Origin: a virus
Reading direction: 5' to 3' (one strand)
Virus record (IMG/VR): IMGVR_UViG_3300032238_000977
Location: 1-64,000 of that record
DNA: 64,000 nt
Shown here: positions 46,849 to 57,222 of the stretch, one piece after another
Numbering within the stretch: position 1 is the stretch's first letter
How the letters are laid out: every line of letters begins with the position of its first letter
The notes under the pieces: model-generated
Database searches by the model: none
The model's input: only the letters and a program-made list of their open reading frames with translations
What the model was told of the DNA's origin: nothing
Translations under genes and position numbers: made by a program

Positions 46849-49340
46849 GAGAAAAAATCCTCTAAACTAATTTTCTTTTCAACCGACCATCCAATAGAAT
46901 CCAAAATAATTTTAAGAGGTTCTAAAAATGCCTTCTCAAATTGAGTATCATAATCAATATACTTATTAAGTCCAAGTTCTTTTGGAAAATCTTGAATAAA
47001 TGCAATAACATTTTCTTGAATAATATTTGGCTTTTTCAAGAAAATAAATTTAACCTTTTCACCATTAGCAATAAGAGAATACTTATTAGTCAGTTTTTTC
47101 TCTTTAATATGATGATTGAAAAGAAGTGCTCCTCGAACATGAATAGGTGTTCCTTTTGCATAAATTGTAGATGATGCTGTATATTTACGGACATCTGATG
47201 CTGTTCTTGGGAAAGCAATTTCTTCGGGAGTGAGTTTTTTAAACATTTCACGACTCTTATCGATAAAATTAATTACATCATCTTCAGTCCCACTCAGCAT
47301 CAATTTAAGACCATCCTTAATCATCTGACGACAAGGAGCTGGAGTAGAAGATTTGACTGCTTCAATACCCATCATCTTGAGTTTAGGTTCTTCATAACGA
47401 ACACCTTCACTATCCCAGACATTCAAGATATAACGTTTCTTAGCAGTCCATATTCCACGATCAGCAATATTCTCACGCTTCATGATCATTTTCTGATCAT
47501 ATGCATTTACATACTCAGCCAATTCTTGGTAAGAACTCTCAATATACTTTTCAAGTTCCATCTGACAGACCTTATCAAGGAACGAAACAATGCTCTCAGT
47601 AGTTTTCTCTCTTCCCTTGAATACAGTTTCAACCAAAGGACCCATATTAAGATAAATGGAATCAGTATCTGAAGCAATAACATAATCAAAATCTTCCGTT
47701 TTAAAAACTTTATTGAAGTACTTATTCATTTTTTCTTCAATCCATCTGATTGCAACCTGGCCAGATAAGGTGATTGCCTCAGCATTTGCTAGTTTGTAAT
47801 AACGGAAATACTGATTACCAATAGCGCCATAAGCGGAGTTAAGTTGAATCTTTCTCGCCATTTGAATGTTGTTGCAGCGAGCAATCTCTTTCTCTAGATC
47901 TTTTGTTTTTTTCTTTTCATACTCTTGCTTTGCAGCAAGCATTTTATTTTTATAGATGGTGCGATCCTTATAAATTTTTTCCATTAGTTCTGGAAGGAAT
48001 CCACGAACATCTTTACGGTACATTGCACCATTTGCACAGACCGCATAATCCTTATATTCATCAAAATCAATCTCTCGATTCAAAATCCTATCGACAGAAG
48101 ATGTTGGATGACGCTGATCCAAAAGAGTTTCTGGAGAAATATTATACATCATAATTAGATGTGGATATAGAGAGTTGAGGTCGAAATTTACAACCCAATC
48201 ATATACACCAGGCTTTGGTTCTTTTACATAAGCACCAGCATATTTTTCATTTTTAACTGACCGTTCTTTTGGGGGGATGACGATATTCCTTTTCTTCAAA
48301 TAATTGTATATGATGTTATCCCACATACGAACTTGATAAAAAATATCTCCATAATTGACTTTAGCGTCATACGCCATCGTGATGGCGAGTTCAATCAGTT
48401 TCATCTTGTCTTCCAAACGGTCAACAAGTTCCACGTCCTTAATATTATACTCTACGAACTTCTGCCATCCTTTAGTATAAAAGTCCTTAAAGGTATCAAA
48501 CTCTGAGTGGTCAAGTTTCTTCTGACCAAGTTCCACATTTGCAATATGATCTAGGCGATAAGATTCTTGAGCTTTATATGTAAATTTTTTATATAGATCA
48601 AGGTAATCTAGTTGAGTGATTCCACCAACATCATATGCAATTTGCTTTCTACCATTTACAAAGATTTCACCCTGAGTCACAAGACCCCAAGGAGAAAATC
48701 TTTTCATTTGCTTTTCACCAAGAATCCTACTCAATCTACCACAAATGTAAGGAACGTCATAAAATTGAATATTCCATCCAGTAATAACTTCAGGAATATT
48801 TGCGTCCCAATAATCAATAAAATTTGAAAGGAGATGATGCTCACCTGAACATTGAATATAAGTTACATTTTGGTTATCATTTCTAAATGACTTAACTCCC
48901 CATGTAATAATCTTCTTAGTTGTGTAATCCTGAATTGTAATTGCAAGTATTTCTTCTGCACAAGACTCCACATCCGGAAATCCATTTTCTGAAGCAACCT
49001 CAATATCAATTGTTGATAGTTTAATTTTACTAATATCAAATTTAATTTCATCTTCTGGGTACTTATCCGATATGTATTGTGATACATATCGGTCGTTTCC
49101 ATGGATTTTAAATCCGTCTACGTTCTCATATTTTTTATAAAATTCTCTACAATCACGGACCATACCCGGATTAATTGGTTCTACACTTTCACCTTCCAGG
49201 GTTTTATATTTTGTTTCTTTTTTAGATGGAACAAATAAAGTAGGACAATATTCCTCTTTAAACATTACATGCTTACCATTTTCATAACCACGGACGAGAA
49301 ATTGATTCCCGATCATTTGCACATTGGTATAAAATCTCAT
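46845..49340 (-). CDS. Family B DNA polymerase (T4 gp43)
   Basis: DIEV exonuclease motif, DLNSLYPH, KIQLNSAYG, SDTDS. Confidence 0.98.
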   Translation of the reverse strand: MRFYTNVQMIGNQFLVRGYENGKHVMFKEEYCPTLFVPSKKETKYKTLEGESVEPINPGMVRDCREFYKKYENVDGFKIHGNDRYVSQYISDKYPEDEIKFDISKIKLSTIDIEVASENGFPDVESCAEEILAITIQDYTTKKIITWGVKSFRNDNQNVTYIQCSGEHHLLSNFIDYWDANIPEVITGWNIQFYDVPYICGRLSRILGEKQMKRFSPWGLVTQGEIFVNGRKQIAYDVGGITQLDYLDLYKKFTYKAQESYRLDHIANVELGQKKLDHSEFDTFKDFYTKGWQKFVEYNIKDVELVDRLEDKMKLIELAITMAYDAKVNYGDIFYQVRMWDNIIYNYLKKRNIVIPPKERSVKNEKYAGAYVKEPKPGVYDWVVNFDLNSLYPHLIMMYNISPETLLDQRHPTSSVDRILNREIDFDEYKDYAVCANGAMYRKDVRGFLPELMEKIYKDRTIYKNKMLAAKQEYEKKKTKDLEKEIARCNNIQMARKIQLNSAYGAIGNQYFRYYKLANAEAITLSGQVAIRWIEEKMNKYFNKVFKTEDFDYVIASDTDSIYLNMGPLVETVFKGREKTTESIVSFLDKVCQMELEKYIESSYQELAEYVNAYDQKMIMKRENIADRGIWTAKKRYILNVWDSEGVRYEEPKLKMMGIEAVKSSTPAPCRQMIKDGLKLMLSGTEDDVINFIDKSREMFKKLTPEEIAFPRTASDVRKYTASSTIYAKGTPIHVRGALLFNHHIKEKKLTNKYSLIANGEKVKFIFLKKPNIIQENVIAFIQDFPKELGLNKYIDYDTQFEKAFLEPLKIILDSIGWSVEKKISLEDFFS

Positions 49341-49606
49341 TATTTCAAAATATCCTCATAAGATTTCAATAATTTAGAATTTGGTTGTGTAATAGTTAAA
49401 ATTTTATCAGAATGAATCATAAAAGTATTTTGGTCAGTATATTCAACCAACCAAGGTTCTAAAGTAAGAGTGGAACCAATTTCATTTTTAACAACAAATG
49501 GTTCTACCAATTTACAATCTGGTTCACCAAGTTCAGATCCACATTCTTCAATTTGACTGATCAGAACTGACTGATTCAGTAAAATCAACATCTTGATGTT
49601 CTTCAT
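49340..49606 (-). CDS. Hypothetical beta-barrel (Sm-like) protein
   Basis: ELGEPDCKLVEP, LEPW; distant paralog of the upstream ORF. Confidence 0.7.
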   Translation of the reverse strand: MKNIKMLILLNQSVLISQIEECGSELGEPDCKLVEPFVVKNEIGSTLTLEPWLVEYTDQNTFMIHSDKILTITQPNSKLLKSYEDILK

Positions 49607-49931
49607 TACTTTCTCCTTTTCCATTTTTTAATACATCCTTTTCATACATTTGAAATAAACTGTCTACTGGATCTACGATACTAAGAACCCAATCTAAATT
49701 TACTGGAATATTTTCCGTTTTGGTTAAAGGAATCCAAGGATACAGTTCAATATCCAAAGATGTTTTTCCTTTAATATCAGAAGGTTTAGTACTTTTAATC
49801 CTAATACCACATGGTTTGTTAAAAATATACCCAACCACTTTACGATCTTCCTCAGTTTCACCAAGCACCATTTCTTGGATACGAGTGATAATATTTTCAC
49901 CCGTTTTTAATATTACTAGTTTTGTAGTCAT
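49548..49931 (-). CDS. Hypothetical beta-barrel (Sm-like) protein
   Basis: KLVILKTGENII, LYPWIPL, DWV. Confidence 0.75.
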   Translation of the reverse strand: MTTKLVILKTGENIITRIQEMVLGETEEDRKVVGYIFNKPCGIRIKSTKPSDIKGKTSLDIELYPWIPLTKTENIPVNLDWVLSIVDPVDSLFQMYEKDVLKNGKGESNEEHQDVDFTESVSSDQSN

Positions 49932-50028
49932 TGCACTAAAATACCTCCATATAGTATAGCAAGAAAAAAAAGAGGAGTCAACCTAGATTTTGCCAGGTGC
50001 TCCTCGCGGCGACAATATTCAAAAGTAT

Positions 50029-50463
50029 TTATAGATAATCTTTACGTTTATGGTAATCTGGAACAATTCTACCAAGAGTCACAGTTAAAAGCCCATCCTC
50101 AAAATCAACTGATCGTACTTCCGTATCATCAGAGAGTGTCCACGCTCTCTTAAAACTCCGTTGAGCCAAACCCTTGTGGATATAGTTGGACTCCGTTTCT
50201 TTATCCTCTTTTTGGCCTTCCACAAAGAGTTTACCATCTTGAGTGTAGACATAAACCTCCTTCTTTTTGAATCCGGCAAGAGCAAGTTCTAGTCGTGATT
50301 CGACATTGCTAACTTGAACAAGATTATATGGAGGATAGTTTGTTGTAGTTTCATGCAAATTAAATATGCGATCAAAATACTCATCCATTCCGATAGTATT
50401 GCGAGTGATCTTATCCATTAAGCGATCTAAATCCGCAGCATTATATTTCATAAGGTTAGTCAT
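50029..50463 (-). CDS. Small heat-shock protein Hsp20
   Basis: NYPPYNL, LALAGF, HKGLAQRSF, FEDGLL; AAGGAG RBS. Confidence 0.95.
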   Translation of the reverse strand: MTNLMKYNAADLDRLMDKITRNTIGMDEYFDRIFNLHETTTNYPPYNLVQVSNVESRLELALAGFKKKEVYVYTQDGKLFVEGQKEDKETESNYIHKGLAQRSFKRAWTLSDDTEVRSVDFEDGLLTVTLGRIVPDYHKRKDYL

Positions 50464-50626
50464 TATAGTAGCTCCTTTAAAGCGAGTTTGTGTTTTGTGG
50501 ACCCTTGCGGCATCCATTATTAATTATACAAGAAACGAAAAAAAGAGGAGGGGTAAAAACCCAACCTCTTTTTAGGGTGTTCCGACTTTTGTAGAGACCG
50601 CACGAAAAGAGTCTCAACAATATTTA

Positions 50627-51067
50627 TCACAAATCTTCTTCTTTTTTCTTCTTAGAACCAATATTATACTTGGTTTCTAACGCCCATTCATTTTTTTCTT
50701 TATAAGAAAGAACTTTAATTTGATTGAGAGGAGCAATGTCTTGAATTTTTTTCAGTTCAACAACCGTAATCAGACCCCAATCAGCAAGAAGTTGGGCAAT
50801 ACGATTACGACGTTGAACATCATTCACAGTCAGATTTGCATGTTTACCATCCAAGGCAAACAGCTCTTTAAAGTGAGTAATGTAATATCTACCCTGCTTA
50901 TGTAGAATGTGACAAGATTGATATATCTTTTTTTCCTTTCTGGATGCTACTCCAATACGAGTCAAAGTTTCTCTAACTTTTAAAAAGTCGTCTGGTTCAT
51001 TAAGAATAACCTCCACCATCATATCAGGAGACCAGTTTACTTGAGGTTCAATTGTTTGGTTAGTCAT
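50627..51067 (-). CDS. regA: Translational repressor RegA
   Basis: DDFLKVRETLTRIGVA, QSCHILHKQG, HFKELFALDG. Confidence 0.97.
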   Translation of the reverse strand: MTNQTIEPQVNWSPDMMVEVILNEPDDFLKVRETLTRIGVASRKEKKIYQSCHILHKQGRYYITHFKELFALDGKHANLTVNDVQRRNRIAQLLADWGLITVVELKKIQDIAPLNQIKVLSYKEKNEWALETKYNIGSKKKKEEDL

Positions 51068-51450
51068 TTTGTTCCGCCAGTTTCAAGTCGTTTTTTAATA
51101 AAATCTAATTGTTCTTTATTTAGAATCTTCAAAGCTTGAGATGCCTTCTCATTACTATATCCATAGTATTGTTTAACACATTCTAAATCTTTGATTTTAT
51201 CCTTTCGGAGCCAAGGAGAAAATCTCTTACGCTTCCTAAGACTATTTAGATAAAACAAATATTGCATATCTTTTGTAAGGTGATGATTAATATTCATCTC
51301 ATTAGCAAAAAGAATACAGTCAATATTTCCAGATAAACATCTGTTAATAATATATGGTGGATAATTTTTTATCGAATCTGAAGATTCTTCTACAAAATTC
51401 TCTTTAGTAAAATTAATAGAGTTTAACCAATCCTTAAGTTCATAAGTCAT
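51064..51450 (-). CDS. Clamp loader small subunit (T4 gp62)
   Basis: RKRFSPW, YYGYSNEKA. Confidence 0.92.
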   Translation of the reverse strand: MTYELKDWLNSINFTKENFVEESSDSIKNYPPYIINRCLSGNIDCILFANEMNINHHLTKDMQYLFYLNSLRKRKRFSPWLRKDKIKDLECVKQYYGYSNEKASQALKILNKEQLDFIKKRLETGGTK

Positions 51451-52508
51451 CGAATAATCTCCAAATCACTTCCCAGTTTCCAAAGTTCTAACTCAGTTCT
51501 TAGACGATTTTCATTCTTCAGTTTTTCATATCTTTTACTTGCCTTCTTTTTCCACCAAGAAATTACATCATCGGGTTCATATCCAAACTCAGAAATATAA
51601 TATCTTTTCTTTTCAGTTAAAGATTTAGCATATTCAATTGACTGCTTAAACTCATTCAACTTTGAAGTATCCTGAAGAGAATTTGTAATGATTGAAATCA
51701 TCTTTGTTTGTATTTTTAACTTTTTAGATGATTTATCTGCAGATATGAGACGCTCCCCACCATTGGCTTTATTATTAAACCACCAAAACATTTCACGAAA
51801 ATAATCATCGTGAAAAAGAGGTAGAAACTTACTTTCAGTATCTCCAATGTGTCGAATATAAGGTTTAAGACCATCGTACATTGATATACCCTTTGTCGTT
51901 CCGTACAAGGATGTTGTTTCAAAATAACGGAGATTCGTTCCGTACTTATTATCAAAATCCCTTTTTAATTTGTTTGAAGAAGCTAGTAAAGCAAGTAATT
52001 TTCCACCAAGATAATTGTATCCGAAGGGTTGTACTGGGACAATATTAAATCCCATAACAAATTCTTTATTGATTGTAGATAAAGAAAGAACTTCTCCAAA
52101 ATAATCATTTCTTGGTTTTGAATTAATAGTTGGAGATCCAAACCTAACTACGCCAATAATCTTTTTTGTACTTTCTTCTGTTACTATCCACTTCAAAGTT
52201 CTTCCAGGAATTGCTTCTTCAATTGCATTTGAAGCAGTCTCGTTTAATATTTCCGAATATAAATCTTGATTGTATTTTGATGCTGGTTTGGGACTAGTAT
52301 CCACCTCATGAATCTGGAAATCCATTTCATTCGGATGAATATTAAAATTGGAAAAAATTTCATACTCTGGACCAAACAACTTACCAGAAGCATTGGTAAG
52401 TCTACTAGACTTTACAAATCTCAAATAATCATCAATTCGATTAAATCTTGAATAATAGTTTATAAATTGATCCGCAGCCCACACAGCATCTTCATTTGAA
52501 AGACTCAT
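51447..52508 (-). CDS. DUF4338 (DruA-related) protein
   Basis: PGR.L, GSP....PR, VPVQPFGYNYLGGKLLALL, ETTSLYG. Confidence 0.75.
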   Translation of the reverse strand: MSLSNEDAVWAADQFINYYSRFNRIDDYLRFVKSSRLTNASGKLFGPEYEIFSNFNIHPNEMDFQIHEVDTSPKPASKYNQDLYSEILNETASNAIEEAIPGRTLKWIVTEESTKKIIGVVRFGSPTINSKPRNDYFGEVLSLSTINKEFVMGFNIVPVQPFGYNYLGGKLLALLASSNKLKRDFDNKYGTNLRYFETTSLYGTTKGISMYDGLKPYIRHIGDTESKFLPLFHDDYFREMFWWFNNKANGGERLISADKSSKKLKIQTKMISIITNSLQDTSKLNEFKQSIEYAKSLTEKKRYYISEFGYEPDDVISWWKKKASKRYEKLKNENRLRTELELWKLGSDLEIIR

Positions 52509-53449
52509 TTGAATTCACATTCACACATAACTTCAGTAAGGGCAGCAAGAAGATTTATTTCCTGGTCAGCCACGAACGCACATTGGTATTGATACTTAGC
52601 AATAACAAGAACGGCAGCAGGGATAGATGTGGGTGAAAGATGGTCAAAAGTGGCGTCATAAACCCTGCGAAGTAGACTAGAAGCATCGTTGTCCAAGTTG
52701 GAGACCACCCACTTTCGGACCTCAGTAAAGTTCTTATCCTTGAGATTTTTAACCAGTTCATTTACAGAGATGTCCGAGAAAGATGCAAGAATACCTGAGT
52801 CAATCTTCCCCCCCACCGAATACCTTTGACATTCGTTGAGGACTCTTCGCCAATCTGGAAAGTGTTTGTTAATGATTTCTGCAAGAACTTTTTCATCATA
52901 TTCAATTTTTTCCTTGTCCAAGATTTCTTGGAGTCTTTTGAAGAACGCACCCGCAAGATGCGCTCTTTCCTTACCTTTGATACCAAACTCAACGACAGCA
53001 CACCTGGAATGGAGCGGCTCAATGATTTTATTTTTATAGTTGCAGGTAAAGATGAATCTGCAGTTGTTAGCAAACTCCTCAATAGACGCCCGTAGTAAGA
53101 GTTGTACATCGTTGGTTGTGTTATCTGCCTCATCAATGATGATGACTTTGTGTTTAGCAGTTGACGAAAGCGATACGGTCGAAGCGAAGTTCTTTGCATT
53201 GTTTCTGACAGTATCGAGGAATCTACCCTCATCGGATCCATTAATAACATAAACATCTACTCCCAATTCATTACATAATGCCTTTGCTACTGTAGTTTTA
53301 CCGACCCCAGGAGGACCAGCAAGAAGCATATTTGAAATTTCACCTCTATTTAGAAAGTCACTAAAAGTTTTTTTAATATTCTCAGGAAGAATACAATCTT
53401 CAATTGTCTTTGGGCGATATTTTTCAACCCACAAAAATTCATCACGCAT
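52505..53449 (-). CDS. Clamp loader large subunit (T4 gp44)
   Basis: WVEKYRP, GPPGVGKT, IDEAD, SRC. Confidence 0.97.
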   Translation of the reverse strand: MRDEFLWVEKYRPKTIEDCILPENIKKTFSDFLNRGEISNMLLAGPPGVGKTTVAKALCNELGVDVYVINGSDEGRFLDTVRNNAKNFASTVSLSSTAKHKVIIIDEADNTTNDVQLLLRASIEEFANNCRFIFTCNYKNKIIEPLHSRCAVVEFGIKGKERAHLAGAFFKRLQEILDKEKIEYDEKVLAEIINKHFPDWRRVLNECQRYSVGGKIDSGILASFSDISVNELVKNLKDKNFTEVRKWVVSNLDNDASSLLRRVYDATFDHLSPTSIPAAVLVIAKYQYQCAFVADQEINLLAALTEVMCECEFK

Positions 53450-53451
53450 AA

Positions 53452-53598
53452 TCAAATAGGTTGAGGACCACCAACAATAATAGCAGAAGGAATCTGAACT
53501 TGAGCAATTTTCTTTGCTTGAGATTGACTATCTGCATCGACAACAACTTCCAAGTAACGTCCGTCACGTGGAAGTTTATATTTTACACAATATTTCAT
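53452..53598 (-). CDS. Hypothetical protein, 48 aa
   Basis: MKYCVKYKLPRDGRYLEVVVDADSQSQAKKIAQ...; ATGA overlap. Confidence 0.6.
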   Translation of the reverse strand: MKYCVKYKLPRDGRYLEVVVDADSQSQAKKIAQVQIPSAIIVGGPQPI

Positions 53599-54260
53599 CT
53601 AAATTTAGAATCGGGTTCAAGAGCAATATAATACGTCAAATCTGAGGTTTGACTCTTAAATCTAGAAAGAAGTTTTTCCGAAATTACAACTTCATATGTT
53701 CCAGGAAGAATTTTAATATTTTCTACCTTAAAGTTAAAAACAAATTCGTTGTCGGTTTCACCAACAATAATTGAAAACTCATTAGAAGAATCATTCTTCT
53801 TATCACGAACTACCAATTTAATTACACCATTTTCACCAACGGCAGAAAGATCAGAAATCTGATATACTGCTGCAGCTTTTTTAAGTTTATCAATTTGTTG
53901 GGTATTGATAACGAAACAAACATCTTCACTCGGAAGATTAATCTGTTTATCAGGAGGAGTAACAATTACGTTAGGATCTGCAAAGAAATACTTTGAGCGT
54001 TCTTTACCGTCCCTAATAATTGTATAACTATCATTCTCAAAATCCAATTCTGGATTATCATTGATAGAAAGTGCATTCAAAAATTGAGTAAGATCGTAGA
54101 TCCCAAAATCTTTAGGAAATTCTTCTTCAACTGTTGCTTCCGCAAGAATGTTCTTCATCACAGAAATTGTGCGGATTGTTTTCCCAGATTTAAATAAAAT
54201 TGACTGGTTAATTGAGGAAAAATTTTTAAGTACAGAGATGGTCTTTTCAGAAAATTTCAT
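53595..54260 (-). CDS. Sliding clamp (T4 gp45)
   Basis: LKNFSSINQSI, FGIYDL, YYIALE; an alternative GTG start lies at 54278. Confidence 0.95.
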   Translation of the reverse strand: MKFSEKTISVLKNFSSINQSILFKSGKTIRTISVMKNILAEATVEEEFPKDFGIYDLTQFLNALSINDNPELDFENDSYTIIRDGKERSKYFFADPNVIVTPPDKQINLPSEDVCFVINTQQIDKLKKAAAVYQISDLSAVGENGVIKLVVRDKKNDSSNEFSIIVGETDNEFVFNFKVENIKILPGTYEVVISEKLLSRFKSQTSDLTYYIALEPDSKFR

Positions 54261-54274
54261 AGTTTTTTTTAGTT

Positions 54275-54649
54275 TCACTTGTTTTCAACGAGATTAAGAT
54301 GATTAATCAAAAGAATAGTATAGTGCAGTACTTTGAATAAGTCGGCACGAGGAGTTCCTTTTGTATCATAACGATCAGTGTACTTAGTGATATTACCAGC
54401 ACAAAATCCTTCACGACGATTGTGCTTAATCTTATCGAGGGTTTGTTCAGTTCCACCACCAGTACGATCAACATAATGTTGACTATAAGTACCAGAAATG
54501 TACTGTTCAAGTTGTTTCAGGATTTTATCTTCGTTGTATTTCCAGAAACCATTAGCATTTGCATTTTCGTTCATAGTAACAGGGGTTTTTTCAATTACAA
54601 TTTTATCTTCACTATTAAGAGACATAGTGAATTGATTATACTCGTTCAT
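54275..54649 (-). CDS. Conserved T4-like hypothetical protein (DUF3310-like)
   Basis: TYSQHY, FCAGNITKY..RY..K, DLFKVLHY. Confidence 0.7.
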   Translation of the reverse strand: MNEYNQFTMSLNSEDKIVIEKTPVTMNENANANGFWKYNEDKILKQLEQYISGTYSQHYVDRTGGGTEQTLDKIKHNRREGFCAGNITKYTDRYDTKGTPRADLFKVLHYTILLINHLNLVENK

Positions 54650-54686
54650 AATAAGGGGGAAGTCACATTAACCTCCCCCAATTATA

Positions 54687-55817
54687 TCAGAAAGAAGCGG
54701 GTTGGTCAATATTAGGATTGATATCCACTTGTTCAATAGGCATCTGGAAGTCAACATCAACCTTGTCGTACAGTTCCAAGAACGACTGTTTGGTCTCCTC
54801 ATCAAAGCGGTTCACACACACTTGAATTGCCTTTGCCTTGTCTTGGAAGATGCTGTAGGCGCGGATGATATGGACCAGACGACGGGTAGAGATGATTTCC
54901 TCAATACCACCATCATAGAAGGTCTTGCGGATGATATCTGCCCAATCAGTAAGACGCTTGCAGAAGTCACGGTCTTCCACGCCAAGGTCCAGGGCAACGC
55001 CTTCCAGGATCTTCTGCTCGATAGCAGGAGCAGGATAGGACTGCTCAAGGGTTACGGGGAAACGCTCAAGGAATGCTTCGTTAAGAACGTTAGTACCGAT
55101 GAATCGCCCATCATCAGAACCCTTACCTTTTGTATTAGCAGTAGCTACAATGTTGAAACCAACAGCAGGTTTCACAAACTTACCAATTTTTTTCAGGAAG
55201 ACACCTTTACCTTCCAGGATGGACTGGAGGCACAGAATCTTGTTAGAGGCAAGGTCAATCTCATCCAGAAGCAGGACAGCACCACGTTCCAGTGCTTCTA
55301 CAACGGGACCATTATGCCAGACAGTTTCACCATTCACAAGACGGAAACCTCCGATTAGATCATCCTCATCAGTTTCGATAGTGATATTTACACGGATGAG
55401 TTCACGCTTAAGTTGGGCACACGCTTGCTCAACAGAGAACGTTTTACCGTTACCCGACAGACCCGTGATAAACGCAGGGTAAAAAATATTGGACTGAATA
55501 ATTTTTTTAATATCACCAAAGTTACCAAACTTGACGAAGGTATCATCTTTATCGGGAATAAGGTTTTGTTCCACGGCAGGAAGAGCGGGAGGTGCTTGAT
55601 AAGAACGTTCGATTTCTTGAACACGCTCCTGAGTAACTTCAAGATTCCAACGACCACGGGAAGTTTTAAACTTATCAAGGCGACGGGTCACCGTCTGATA
55701 ATTCAGACTACGGGAAGCGCAGAAACCCTTGATATCACCGGCACTCAGTTCAGAACCGAACAGAGATTGAAGTTCAGCAATCAGTTGATCGTCAGTCACA
55801 GAAATCTTGCGGGGCAT
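54687..55817 (-). CDS. cobS: MoxR/CobS-like AAA+ ATPase
   Basis: GLSGNGKT, LLLDEID, ATANTKG, NEAFLERF, STRRL. Confidence 0.9.
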   Translation of the reverse strand: MPRKISVTDDQLIAELQSLFGSELSAGDIKGFCASRSLNYQTVTRRLDKFKTSRGRWNLEVTQERVQEIERSYQAPPALPAVEQNLIPDKDDTFVKFGNFGDIKKIIQSNIFYPAFITGLSGNGKTFSVEQACAQLKRELIRVNITIETDEDDLIGGFRLVNGETVWHNGPVVEALERGAVLLLDEIDLASNKILCLQSILEGKGVFLKKIGKFVKPAVGFNIVATANTKGKGSDDGRFIGTNVLNEAFLERFPVTLEQSYPAPAIEQKILEGVALDLGVEDRDFCKRLTDWADIIRKTFYDGGIEEIISTRRLVHIIRAYSIFQDKAKAIQVCVNRFDEETKQSFLELYDKVDVDFQMPIEQVDINPNIDQPASF

Positions 55818-55850
55818 AATGTAGTTAGGTGGTTTTGTTTAACTGAAGTA

Positions 55851-55908
55851 ATTATAGCAGCAAAAAGGGGGTCTTGAGGACCCCCAGTGGTCAGTTCACT
55901 AACTGGTT
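55851..55908 (-). promoter_or_regulatory. Promoter with hairpin and 20-bp palindrome (copy 3)
   Basis: TATAAT 55856-55851; GGGGGTC/GACCCCC; GGTCAGTT-cact-AACTGGTT at 55889-55908. Confidence 0.6.
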
Positions 55909-56085
55909 TCTCAACTGCTCCAAATACTCTTGAGAAGCAATTTTTGGTTTATATCCAGGATAAAACATTTTAACAAGAGTTCCAACTCCCATAGCAGTGA
56001 TAGCACTATCACACTTTACCCAAACTTCTTGAGTATCATACTTAACAACGTGATCATATGGAAATTTATCAAGTTTTTTAGACAT
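55891..56085 (-). CDS. Hypothetical protein
   Basis: Small ORF on the coding strand. Confidence 0.65.
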   Translation of the reverse strand: MSKKLDKFPYDHVVKYDTQEVWVKCDSAITAMGVGTLVKMFYPGYKPKIASQEYLEQLRNQLVN

Positions 56086-56086
56086 T

Positions 56087-57196
56087 TCAATCCTCAACTG
56101 TAAATGTTTTGTTTTTTACTTTAGTATCAAATTCACCAGTTCTTCCTGGTTTCATTTTACCAATTTTAACATTCTTACCCTTTCCAGGCCAAGAAGTTTT
56201 TGATGTTCCTTTAAGAGTTGCACTTCCACCACCCTTACGTTGAATCAAAACAGAATCTTGATCGTACTTTTTACCCAATTTTTCAATTGCTTTTTTAAAC
56301 TGCCTTTTTCCTTTTTTACCAGGAGTAATGACGTGAGATTTTTCAGCAACTTTTTTCTCCTGAGAAGTCCCTGGGTTCTCAGTATATCTACCTTTTACTT
56401 TAGTAGGTCCTGGAAGACCAGCACCTCTTACATCTTTTTCAAGTTGTTTTGAACGTGCTTTATTCTCTGACTTTGATTTGTCTCCACGTTGGGCAGACAT
56501 AATAGCCATCCCACCTTTTTCAGATTTGGACTTAATTCTATTCAAGGATGTTTCTTGAATAGAATTGCATTCTAGCATAAATTGCTTAAATGATTTACCT
56601 TCCTCTAGTTTTGCCATTTGTACTCCTGTTTTTGGATTTCTTTCACCCATACCAAGTTTTTTATATATTCTACCTCTTTGCTCTGCACCTTCATCATCAC
56701 TTCTCTTTCTTTTTTTCCCCGATGAACTAATAGCAGTAGGAGTATTGGTAGCAACACCCTTACGCTCTTTCATCTTATCTTTTACATCTTTCAAAGCTCC
56801 GACAAATTGTCTTGCCCTTTGCCCTGGTTCTTTTACCTTAGACTTTGGAGAACCCACAGTAATATCATGCACTTCAGAATCTTTTTTAGCTCCAGTTTTA
56901 TGAAACTGTTTTTTCAATTCTTTAGCATCAACCTTTTCACCCTCTTTATGTTTTTGTTTTGATGTATGAGCAGCATAATCTGCAGGAGACTTATGAGTTC
57001 TTACCCAAACAGGAACATCCTTCCCACTTTTTTCCACCTTTGGATCTTGAATAGGACCCTTCTTTCTAAATCCAGCACGAGCAACATCTTTTCTAGCAGC
57101 ACCTTCGGATCCGGGAATAGGCATTGTACCTGATTTGCCGGATCCTTTCATTTTAAGTAAAGTCCTTTCATCAAGGATTTCTTCCTGAAACTGCAT
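56087..57196 (-). CDS. Basic late protein, probable internal head protein
   Basis: ILDE and internal KSFKQFMLE / IQE motifs, LGKKYDQDSVL domain; TAAATA upstream. Confidence 0.7.
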   Translation of the reverse strand: MQFQEEILDERTLLKMKGSGKSGTMPIPGSEGAARKDVARAGFRKKGPIQDPKVEKSGKDVPVWVRTHKSPADYAAHTSKQKHKEGEKVDAKELKKQFHKTGAKKDSEVHDITVGSPKSKVKEPGQRARQFVGALKDVKDKMKERKGVATNTPTAISSSGKKRKRSDDEGAEQRGRIYKKLGMGERNPKTGVQMAKLEEGKSFKQFMLECNSIQETSLNRIKSKSEKGGMAIMSAQRGDKSKSENKARSKQLEKDVRGAGLPGPTKVKGRYTENPGTSQEKKVAEKSHVITPGKKGKRQFKKAIEKLGKKYDQDSVLIQRKGGGSATLKGTSKTSWPGKGKNVKIGKMKPGRTGEFDTKVKNKTFTVED

Positions 57197-57222
57197 CTTT
57201 ATATTACTTTTTATTTATTTAT

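Noticed and set aside
31572-49340. Introns or inteins in nrdA, nrdB, gp41, uvsX or gp43
   Set aside because: All are continuous and of normal length
54702-55358. 218-aa plus-strand ORF (also 58663-59349, 57385-57927 and others)
   Set aside because: Antisense shadows of conserved genes caused by codon bias; no RBS or recognisable motifs
54687-55817. cobS as a cobalamin-synthesis auxiliary gene
   Set aside because: No cobN in the window; generic MoxR ATPase paired with a vWA-peptidase protein
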